This document shows, piece after piece, positions 57,201 through 64,000 of a stretch of 64,000 nucleotides of DNA. Each line of letters begins with the position of its first letter. The first letter of the stretch is position 1. The stretch is from an uncultured Bacteroidales bacterium (lineage in GTDB: Bacteria > Bacteroidota > Bacteroidia > Bacteroidales > WCHB1-69): positions 10,504-74,503 of the forward strand of contig CALDIA010000144.1 in assembly GCA_937901455.1 (NCBI GenBank). The letters run 5' to 3'. The notes under the pieces were generated by a model, which made no database searches, had not been told where the DNA came from, and worked only from the letters and a program-made list of their open reading frames with translations. Both the position numbers and the translations under genes were made by a program.

Positions 57201-60200
57201 CCATTACTGAGCCTGGTAATGGTGGCGAAATCGTTCGTCATATTTGGAGCGGTGAGAGTGTTAACTTGCCTCTTGAACCGAACATGGACACCACGTTCGT
57301 AACCATCCTCCCGGATAGTTGTAACAAGACTTACACTGCCTACTTGACCGTTTTGAATAATGACGGTTGTAAAGCTTCTACCTCTTATTCCTTCGATGTT
57401 GTGGATAGCATCGCTCCTGTTGTGGGCAATGTAATTACTGAGCTTATTCTCGATCCCGGTGATAGCTGCTTGATGACAGTGCCTAACTTGTTGCCTTACT
57501 TCAATAATAATAATGTAAGCGACAACTGCTACGGCTTTGGTTATATCACCATCACCCAAAGCGTTGCGGCTGGCAGCAAGATTGCTGTTGAGACTCCGGT
57601 CGTCATGACCCTCACTGACCGCTGCGGCAACGCCACGACCCATACCATCACCCTGAAGAGCAGCGCTCCTCTCGCCGTCACCATCACCGCTGACGAACCT
57701 GAGATCTGCCAAGGTGAAACTGTTCATTTGACTACTACCGTTGAAAATGCTGTTGTTCCCGTAATTTATACTTGGACCAACAACACACATAACCCTGACC
57801 TCACCGTTAATCCTACGGAGGCAAACCACGTTTATACCGTTACCGTTACCGACAACATTGGTTGTCAGGCTGCCGGTTCTATTGACATTCTTGTTCACCA
57901 CACCCCTGTTGCTGCTGACGTTATTCTGACCCAAACAGCTAACACTTATTGTGAGAATGAGGATGGCATTTATGATGGTACTATTTCCGCCGCTGCTAAC
58001 CACGCCGACCTCGTTGCTTGGAGAATGTCCGGCGAGAATGTATGGCATGATTTCTCTTACGTATATACCGGTCTCCAAGAGGGTACCTACTACTTCGACC
58101 TTCTGACTGAGTTCGATTGTGAGTCAGACCATATCGCCAGCATCGTGGTAGGACGTGACACTAACGTGATCGTTCCTATTACTACCACGACTCCTAACGC
58201 ATGGTGCGTAGCTCCGTTTGACGGCTCTATCACCATTACTAATCCTCAAATGGGTTACACCTATGAGATTATCAACCTGCCGAATTCCGCCGTTACTTAT
58301 GAAGGTGGCGACATGATCTATGACAACTTGATCTATGGTCACTACTCCATCCATGTAACGACTGACAAATATTGTACCTATGTTAAGGAAGACGTTATCG
58401 TTGACAGCACCAGAATTTATCCTGTTGTGGCTACGGTTATTACTCCTAAGACCCGTTGTGACGAGCCCGATGGTACAATCACCATTACCAACGCTATGCC
58501 TGGTTATACCTACACAATCAATGATATGACCATCGTTGGTACTCCTGCCCAGTTCACCGGCCTTAACAATGGTTCCTATACCTTGACCGCCGTTTCTGAT
58601 TATGGTTGCGCTAAGAACTTCCTGATCACTGTGAACTCTACAACCGTGGATCCTGTTCACCCAGCTATCACTGTTGTTCCTAACTCTGTATGTGATCCTA
58701 CTATCACAGCTAATGGTTCTATAACCATCAGCCAACCTATCGCCGGTTACACCTATACTTTGAATGGCGTGACTGTTGTTTCGGATGGTTCCGCTATCCA
58801 ATTTAACGAACTCGGTACTACAGGTGAGAATGAGACCTACTACACCCTGACTATCACCGATGAACTTGGTTGTACTTCTGTCTTTACCGACGCTGTACCT
58901 TCCTCACCTTTCAAACCTGTATTCAACAATGAGATTACTGTTAATCCTAACGTGAACTGCGAAGGTACAACACCTAACGGTTCTATTGTAATCAATGAGG
59001 AAGCTGGTTATACCTATTATACTTATACTTTGATGAACCAAACCCCGATGTTGTTGGCTGCTACGGTTAACTTGCCTGCCGGTCAATACAGAATCGTAAA
59101 GGTTCATGACGCTACTGGTTGCGAAGTTAGCACCAATGTGAATATTGTTAACCAAATCGCTCCTTACAACTGGGCTGTCAGCTTGACTCCTGACCAGAAC
59201 TGTGACCTTGAGGCTGGTAATGGTACAATTACAGTGACCAGCGCTACTGATAACTTCATCTTCTTGTTGGCTGATGAAGATATGGAATTAGTTGGTCAAA
59301 ATACCAATGGTGTTTTTGTCGCTTTGAACAGTGGTGATTATTATCTTGCTGCCACCAACACCAATACCACTTGTGTTTATGACACTGTGATTACTATTGG
59401 TACAGATTTCGTTTATCCTCAACCCGACGCAGTTGCTTTCGCTAATTACAATTGTAAAGAAGAGAAGAACGGTACTATCGTAGTTACCAATTCTGGTGAC
59501 GCTGTTCTTCCTCTCACTTACACTTTAATCGGTTATGCTTCCCAAGTTATTGCTACAAACAATACTGGTATTTTCAATGGCCTTAATGAGGGTAATTATG
59601 CAGTTTATACTAGCAGTGCAATGAATTGCGGTTGGTACACTTATGTTCAAGTTGTTGACAGCGCTTTCTTGCCTCCATTGGTACACCACCAGACTCCTAA
59701 CACCATGTGTGCTCCTACCTTTGAGAAACCGGGTAACGGTACTATCATCGTGACTGCACCTATGGACACCAACTTTATCTATTACTTCGAGAACTCCAAT
59801 GAGCCTAACGTATTGGATACCGTTGGTTACTTTACTCCTGATTCTTACGTGATGTACTGGTTAACTGACGACCTCTACACCATTCACGTATATGATCCTC
59901 TTACTGGTTGTTCTTTGGAGGATACCGCTTATGTTCCTCATGCTGATGTTGAAGTTACTTTCGATCCTGAAGTTATCGCCAACGTTAACTGCGAGGCTCC
60001 TTACACCGGCATTATCATCATGAACGCTACCAGCCAGAATCCTGATGCCGACCTCGTTTACTCTATCGACAATGAGAACTTCTACAGCAATAACATGTTC
60101 CAGAACCTTGCTCCTGGTGTTTATACCATATATGTAAAGGATCTTGACTTGGATTGCTCTTATGCTTCTGAAGAGATTGTTGTGGAGAACAATAACGAGT

Positions 60201-63200
60201 TCGCTCCTGATGTGACTGTTGACGGTCCTACCGTAATCTGTCTGAACGCTGAGGCTCAGCTCGTTGCTTCTGCTACCAGCGCTTTGGATGGCGACACTGT
60301 ATTCACCTACTCCTGGTACTCTGTATGTAACGGTACGGTTGAAGGTCCTATCCAACCTATCTACACTGGTCACACTGGCATCTGCACCTATGAACTCACT
60401 GTTACCAGCGAGCTCACTGGCTGTACCACTGTTATCACCATCGACGTAGAGGTTGAACCCAACCCGGCCATCACCTTCCTCGTAAATCAAGAGGTTTATA
60501 CTGAGGATGAAGTGAACATATGTCACAACGACTTCCCGATTAACCTCGGTGTTGATCCTACTAACTTAGTATCTTATTTATGGTCTAACCAAGTGACTGA
60601 GTCCAACTTCGACGTTACATTACCGAGCGGCAACTACTGCTTCTTCATGGTAACTGTAACCGATCAATGGGGCTGCCAAAACGTTGACTCTATAGGTGTA
60701 TTCTCTATGCCTACCTATAATTTGGATGTTATGGATTCCATCTGTACAGATGCTCAGACATTTGCTTCTCTCGATTCTACGTACGCTGACACTCTCACCG
60801 TTCAACCTGAGATTCATCCTGCTATGTTCTACACCTGGGTTGATAGCTTGCAGTCTGTCTATGGTTGCGACAGTGTTGTATATCATAATGTAACTGTAAT
60901 GTCAGCTCCTACTATTGAATACGATTCCACCCTTGTTACTGTATACTGTGCCGGTCAGACCTTCGTTGCTCCTGGTTACACCATCGTGGAGAACAACAGC
61001 CCTGTAACAGAGTCTGGTTGGTTAATGTACGACATTGACAACCAAGATTGGCTTGTTTTCGACACAGAGACTCCGCTTACTCGCGCACAAGATGCTACCA
61101 TGTTGATGCCTTACGCTATCAATGCTTGTGGTGAGTCTTATTCTGAACCTATCAACTTGGTTGTCAACGATGTTCCTACTATCGACTCACTCACACTGAA
61201 TTGCGAAGCTGAGCCTTGTGCAGCCGAGTTCTGTGCTGGCGACGAAATCACTGATAAGTTCGCTACTCCTGAATATGATTGCAGACATTGGAATGTAAAT
61301 TGTGAGACTGCTTGGGTATATGCCGCTTCTGCTGAAGGTCCTTGGACTGTATTCGACAGTACTGTTACTTCTGCTATGAACGGCCTTTATGTAGCTTACC
61401 AAGTATCCAATGAGTGCGGTTCTACCGTTTCTAATGCTATCCAGATTACTGTTGATTCCGTTCCTCAAGCTACCATTACGCCTGTTACCGTATGTGCTGC
61501 TGATGGTCTGACTGTTGAGGATCTCAACCTCACCTATACCGCTGGCAACACTGCTACCGCGCCTGCAACTTCTGTTATTATGCCGGAGATGCCTGATGGT
61601 CTTGTAGCCGGTACTTATGAGATGTGGGTTGAAATGACCAACAAGTGTGGTACTGACACCACCAACCACGTCACTGTTACCGTCAACGATGTTCCCAACA
61701 TTGCTGAGATTTCTCAAGACGGTACTTGCGTTGACAACTTCTCCCTTGTATTGCCTAACATCGTATGGAATGGCAATGAGGGTGACTCCACACTCGTTAT
61801 GCTGAATGAGGACAACGAATGGGAGCCTGTTACTGTTGTTGAGTTGGCTAACGTGGAAATGAACGGTGTTAATGTTCGTTACGTTGCTACCAATGAATGC
61901 GGTTCCGATTCTTCCAACATTATTGAAATCTCCATTATTGACGTTCCTGAAGTTACCTTAGTTGTTGAACCCGACACTGTTTGTCAGAACGGTGATGTTG
62001 AACTTACAGCTACGGCCAATTGGAACAATGGCGATGGCGACATCGTTTACGAAATGAGTGAAGATGGCGAAACCTTCAGCGAGGTTGACAATGTGAATAC
62101 AATGACTGAGGCCGGTACCTTCTATTTCAGAGCTACTGCTTCTAACAAGTGTGCTCCTGATGGCGTTGTTTCCAACGTTGTTACCGTTGTGGTTGAAGAA
62201 GCTCCTGTCTTGAATCCTGAAGATACTGCCGTTACCGTATGTAACAATGCTACTGATACCATCACAGTCACCACCAATAAAGAAATTGTGTTGACTGGTG
62301 CTCCTGAGTGGATCACTCTCGAAGGTAATGACATCGTTATTGTTCCTACCACCGATGTTGAGGCTGGTGACTACACCTTCACCCTCTCCACTGTTGAGAC
62401 CAAGTGCGATGCTATCGCTACCACCATCACCGTTCACATGAATGCTGTTCCTGTTATCGAAACCTTTGCCGTTGCTGAAACGCTGTATTGCTTCAACGAT
62501 ACTATTAGTACTATTTACAACATCACTTGGAATGCTGAAGAACATGCCGATGCGTTGATCCAGGTTGTACATGGTGAAGACACCACTGCTTTTGTTGCTC
62601 CTTATACCATCTCTATGGCCGACACCAACCTGGTATTGTTACTCTCTGCAACCAATGATTGTGGTACTACCACCCAAGCCATCAATGTAAATGTTTCTCT
62701 GCCTGTTGAACTCGTTATCACGGGTGTTGACACTTGTGCTGGTCTTACTGTTGACAACTTCGTTCCTGTTCCTGATTACACGCTCTATGGTGCAACTCAG
62801 GTTGTGGCTGAAGGTTGGACTGTTGATGGTGAGAATGTTGACGCTGACTATGAGATGGAAGCTGGTATGCATACTGTATCTTACTACGTAACTACTCAAT
62901 GTCAGACTTACGAATCCAATGTGGTTGAACTTAAAGCCTTCGACGAGCCTTTCATCGTGGATCGTGAATCTGTTACCTTTGAGATTTGTGAAGGCCAAAC
63001 ACTCACCGATCCTGAGTTGACCTATGAACTCGATGGCGCTACCTTAGTTTCTGAGACTTGGACCATCAATGGTGAAGAACTTGATTGGACAATTCCTTAT
63101 GATACCACCTACAACAATGCCTCTATTAAGTATATTGTAGAGACTGCTTGTGGTGCTGATACCGCTACTTGGACGCTCACAGTACACGCTCTGCCTGTAC

Positions 63201-64000
63201 CTGAGATCTTAGGCGATACGATTATTTGCCACGATGGTTCTACCGAGTTACGTGTATCTGATGAGTATGAGACTTATCAATGGTACATGAATGGTGAAGA
63301 AATTGATGGTGCTACTCAGTCCACCTACACTGTAAGTGCCGAGGATTTGGATGAAGAAGACGCTTCTTACACCTTCACCGTTGTGGTAACCGATGAATTT
63401 GGTTGTCAATCCACCACTTCTACCAATGGTTCCTACCAAGCTATCGATGCTAACGAGGTAACTGTTCAAGTAACCAACTCTCCTCGTTTCATCTTCAAGT
63501 ATGCTGGCAATGAGACCCATTATATTGATGGTATCGAGACCCTTGATCCTAATGATCCTTCTGCTTTGAACAATAACTTGGTTTACACTTGGGAAGTATT
63601 TAATCCTTGTTTCAATGATGATACCTTGGTATATGTTACCTTCGATATCTATCACAATGATACTTTGATTGATAACGCCACTATTGGTGACTACTTGTCC
63701 AACGCTCAACTTTCTGGTAACTACAATGAGTTCTGGAATACTTCTATCGAATTCTCCTTTGAATATGGTAGTGCTATTACCCATAATACGCAGAGTCCTA
63801 TTACCCGTTATAATAAGGCTCAGGCTGGTGCTACTACCACTTATGATAACCACTTCCCGTATTCTACGATCTTCGCCAGTAGTAACACCTATGATGATTT
63901 TTACTTGCACTTCTTGGCTGACAATGTTTATACACAAACTATTCGTCCGTTCAGAATCCCTGGTGAATATAAGATCATCTACAAACTCTATGCTACCAGC
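54296..64000 (+). CDS. Giant secreted cell-surface protein (SprB-like/HYR-like multi-repeat adhesin candidate), 5' partial: 3,235 codons with no stop before the window end
   Basis: This gene is not in the ORF track. I translated frame +2 manually from ATG 54296 to 64000 and met no stop codon. The frame was checked at 58199, 59999, 62039 and 63962. Signal peptide MKKLLSICFLSILLALLNVPVQAQ. There are dozens of Cys-bracketed ~80-95-aa modules. Every other + strand ORF the track lists here is in a single different frame. Confidence 0.9.
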   Translation, partial: MKKLLSICFLSILLALLNVPVQAQTTQSCCFWLENLQPQTLHDIANVPGGGAAHLPGTGGDVVLNNTMNPVLHGIDPATGQCQQTDYYKIRFANTCNLPATTKVSIEWKLYRDGQLVNGNLSDYADFRIYTRYGRLHNSMNPMSAGQTYCDTMGWIGGRVSGLGTCLYNTSTDLYPNYPNYDDVYCAGGYPGATEVEPLPLDFANESAEAWGYTYFANEMGLDYFNLPFFEATDHVIVICWKQVGNYSLVVGLRERTGGTDWGTLYWDENQQHAIGGHQSCCGALLAQDSIHYLVQTNKQKAVCDGETWDFGSPVATFSVENHYHVIFGDSVCGHFRVDSLVQLDFYTRINPDIIADDFEICVGLPLTADQVAAHTPAVNTDAPGIIDYAIWWSQDGETWTTTTPSYDAVQLGGYTWYVKQINHYDAVTPDDFYCEGKIDTLTITVLPLYPPVIDPAQYEFCYSQMPTTFPIPASYDDREECATGIVWQYGTTNLDTVADGASYPVAMTDYFTSNVNKTITFNVFTTNGYANSEPTVVTIVMNASPVLVGDNSLVDDTLCPRGEELLKTQFSDSNIGQTNSTISYSWTLNGTAININTASITGTAPDACSGTNVYVVTAIATSEAGCMDTLVRTFKLTAQDTNAIVVTPKPTTITNITVSGCDTTAQAFVAGRRTVDDLQILLNIIDHCENITEVLYSATVTTAECEVYVDRTYILKDECGNVSNPYVEHWTIKNDFAPVINGELTTIAPVPVQNCQFQVPAYNVLLNAFNEAYEVNFECAGNHVDHVEFYLDAAHTTLAPMHLIFEESDTAYVYAIATDKCGNESVNTMVFMLQRPPRMVIDGGILAVPADICLHDTVFLSFDTSFVHNATPLIDGNGESYYNLEWTANPNDGSIIYHTSPTAYGVPATANTDYTYTIHVTDYYGCVDSIAADPVHVHGLPTVEIEEIILNGSTFPLCPNYGNLTIHSITEPGNGGEIVRHIWSGESVNLPLEPNMDTTFVTILPDSCNKTYTAYLTVLNNDGCKASTSYSFDVVDSIAPVVGNVITELILDPGDSCLMTVPNLLPYFNNNNVSDNCYGFGYITITQSVAAGSKIAVETPVVMTLTDRCGNATTHTITLKSSAPLAVTITADEPEICQGETVHLTTTVENAVVPVIYTWTNNTHNPDLTVNPTEANHVYTVTVTDNIGCQAAGSIDILVHHTPVAADVILTQTANTYCENEDGIYDGTISAAANHADLVAWRMSGENVWHDFSYVYTGLQEGTYYFDLLTEFDCESDHIASIVVGRDTNVIVPITTTTPNAWCVAPFDGSITITNPQMGYTYEIINLPNSAVTYEGGDMIYDNLIYGHYSIHVTTDKYCTYVKEDVIVDSTRIYPVVATVITPKTRCDEPDGTITITNAMPGYTYTINDMTIVGTPAQFTGLNNGSYTLTAVSDYGCAKNFLITVNSTTVDPVHPAITVVPNSVCDPTITANGSITISQPIAGYTYTLNGVTVVSDGSAIQFNELGTTGENETYYTLTITDELGCTSVFTDAVPSSPFKPVFNNEITVNPNVNCEGTTPNGSIVINEEAGYTYYTYTLMNQTPMLLAATVNLPAGQYRIVKVHDATGCEVSTNVNIVNQIAPYNWAVSLTPDQNCDLEAGNGTITVTSATDNFIFLLADEDMELVGQNTNGVFVALNSGDYYLAATNTNTTCVYDTVITIGTDFVYPQPDAVAFANYNCKEEKNGTIVVTNSGDAVLPLTYTLIGYASQVIATNNTGIFNGLNEGNYAVYTSSAMNCGWYTYVQVVDSAFLPPLVHHQTPNTMCAPTFEKPGNGTIIVTAPMDTNFIYYFENSNEPNVLDTVGYFTPDSYVMYWLTDDLYTIHVYDPLTGCSLEDTAYVPHADVEVTFDPEVIANVNCEAPYTGIIIMNATSQNPDADLVYSIDNENFYSNNMFQNLAPGVYTIYVKDLDLDCSYASEEIVVENNNEFAPDVTVDGPTVICLNAEAQLVASATSALDGDTVFTYSWYSVCNGTVEGPIQPIYTGHTGICTYELTVTSELTGCTTVITIDVEVEPNPAITFLVNQEVYTEDEVNICHNDFPINLGVDPTNLVSYLWSNQVTESNFDVTLPSGNYCFFMVTVTDQWGCQNVDSIGVFSMPTYNLDVMDSICTDAQTFASLDSTYADTLTVQPEIHPAMFYTWVDSLQSVYGCDSVVYHNVTVMSAPTIEYDSTLVTVYCAGQTFVAPGYTIVENNSPVTESGWLMYDIDNQDWLVFDTETPLTRAQDATMLMPYAINACGESYSEPINLVVNDVPTIDSLTLNCEAEPCAAEFCAGDEITDKFATPEYDCRHWNVNCETAWVYAASAEGPWTVFDSTVTSAMNGLYVAYQVSNECGSTVSNAIQITVDSVPQATITPVTVCAADGLTVEDLNLTYTAGNTATAPATSVIMPEMPDGLVAGTYEMWVEMTNKCGTDTTNHVTVTVNDVPNIAEISQDGTCVDNFSLVLPNIVWNGNEGDSTLVMLNEDNEWEPVTVVELANVEMNGVNVRYVATNECGSDSSNIIEISIIDVPEVTLVVEPDTVCQNGDVELTATANWNNGDGDIVYEMSEDGETFSEVDNVNTMTEAGTFYFRATASNKCAPDGVVSNVVTVVVEEAPVLNPEDTAVTVCNNATDTITVTTNKEIVLTGAPEWITLEGNDIVIVPTTDVEAGDYTFTLSTVETKCDAIATTITVHMNAVPVIETFAVAETLYCFNDTISTIYNITWNAEEHADALIQVVHGEDTTAFVAPYTISMADTNLVLLLSATNDCGTTTQAINVNVSLPVELVITGVDTCAGLTVDNFVPVPDYTLYGATQVVAEGWTVDGENVDADYEMEAGMHTVSYYVTTQCQTYESNVVELKAFDEPFIVDRESVTFEICEGQTLTDPELTYELDGATLVSETWTINGEELDWTIPYDTTYNNASIKYIVETACGADTATWTLTVHALPVPEILGDTIICHDGSTELRVSDEYETYQWYMNGEEIDGATQSTYTVSAEDLDEEDASYTFTVVVTDEFGCQSTTSTNGSYQAIDANEVTVQVTNSPRFIFKYAGNETHYIDGIETLDPNDPSALNNNLVYTWEVFNPCFNDDTLVYVTFDIYHNDTLIDNATIGDYLSNAQLSGNYNEFWNTSIEFSFEYGSAITHNTQSPITRYNKAQAGATTTYDNHFPYSTIFASSNTYDDFYLHFLADNVYTQTIRPFRIPGEYKIIYKLYATS
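57900..60200 (+). repeat. Nine tandem ~85-aa SprB-like protein repeats inside the giant gene (divergent at DNA level)
   Basis: Recurring pattern [T/V]PNxxC-x(3-8)-[ND]G[ST]I[TIV][IV]-x(5-9)-Y[TI]Y...GxY...C. Examples are TPNAWCVAPFDGSITITNPQMGYTYEI, TPKTRCDEPDGTITITNAMPGYTYTI, VPNSVCDPTITANGSITISQPIAGYTYTL and NPNVNCEGTTPNGSIVINEEAGYTYYTYTL. Confidence 0.75.
60900..63210 (+). repeat. Nine tandem ~80-95-aa repeats of a second, unnamed Cys-bracketed module inside the giant gene
   Basis: Each unit starts after [VA]P, has a Cys 8-13 aa in, and ends N[EKD]CG-x3-[ST]N-x-[IV]-x-[IV]-x-V-x(2)-[VA]P. Examples are VSNECGSTVSNAIQITVDSVP, ATNECGSDSSNIIEISIIDVP, MTNKCGTDTTNHVTVTVNDVP and ATNDCGTTTQAINVNVSLP. 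Confidence 0.7.

Noticed and set aside
55475-58078. 867-aa minus-strand ORF, the longest track entry in the right-hand 10 kb
   Set aside because: It lies antisense to the uninterrupted 3,235-codon + strand frame. Its translation is low-complexity (runs of V/I/N/S/G/R), and it has no signal peptide, promoter box or recognisable motif. The + strand translation gives coherent Cys-bracketed domains. It is a shadow ORF.
54377-63937. Other minus-strand track ORFs over the giant gene (54377..55024, 55040..55420, 58124..58801, 58904..59155, 59861..60526, 60620..60886, 61187..61717, 61958..62572, 62639..62998, 63248..63937)
   Set aside because: All are antisense shadows of the giant + strand gene. 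They are fragmented across frames, have no family resemblance, and show biased composition mirroring the sense-strand codon usage.

Overview
This is a 64-kb chromosomal segment with Bacteroidota hallmarks. These are TAnnTTTG -7 promoter boxes 15-60 nt upstream of most start codons, no Shine-Dalgarno sites, a MurF-Alr fusion, a long-tailed S16, a T9SS C-terminal sorting domain and SprB-type repeats. A Bacteroidales or Prevotella-like origin is only an inference from gene content. I count about 50 protein genes and one tRNA-Gln(CUG). I saw no rRNA, CRISPR array, transposase or integrase.

Nt 1-54,000 is mostly housekeeping:
- Nucleotide metabolism: folA, a PurF-like gene, udk, mazG, rdgB.
- Cell wall: murF, anmK, murF-alr, an M23/LysM peptidase.
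- Translation: rpsP-rimM, yceD-rpmF, rpmE2, smpB, proS.
- Other: lon, meaB, ispD, sppA.

Envelope and accessory genes are interspersed. They include an Omp85 barrel with a PD40 propeller, a C10 protease with CUB domains and a T9SS tail, a 933-aa Amidase_2/CUB protein, a GH29 fucosidase and two Ser/Thr-rich proteins. There is also a tight four-gene operon of exported proteins and a five-gene operon headed by a GldA-like ABC ATPase with no permease.

The main result is at the right end. The ORF track lists only stacked minus-strand ORFs from 54.3 to 64 kb. Reading the + strand from ATG 54296, I find 3,235 codons with no stop up to the window edge. They encode a signal-peptide-bearing, Cys-bracketed, multi-repeat giant surface protein (SprB-like repeats, HYR-like modules, and a second repeat family I cannot name). 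The track probably omitted it because it has no stop codon in the window.

Second-tier observations:
- An in-frame TAA cuts off the conserved tail of an OmpA-domain gene.
- The PurF-like protein lacks the N-terminal catalytic Cys.
- A steroid-5-alpha-reductase-like gene is paired with an FAD enzyme.
- A 102-nt tandem duplication sits in a Ser-rich lipoprotein gene.
- Two ribosomal-protein genes share an identical 22-nt promoter/leader element.

Many track ORFs start at upstream TTG or ATG codons and are over-extended. I trimmed them using signal peptides, homolog N-termini and -7 box positions. All family calls come from motif recognition by eye; no database search was run.
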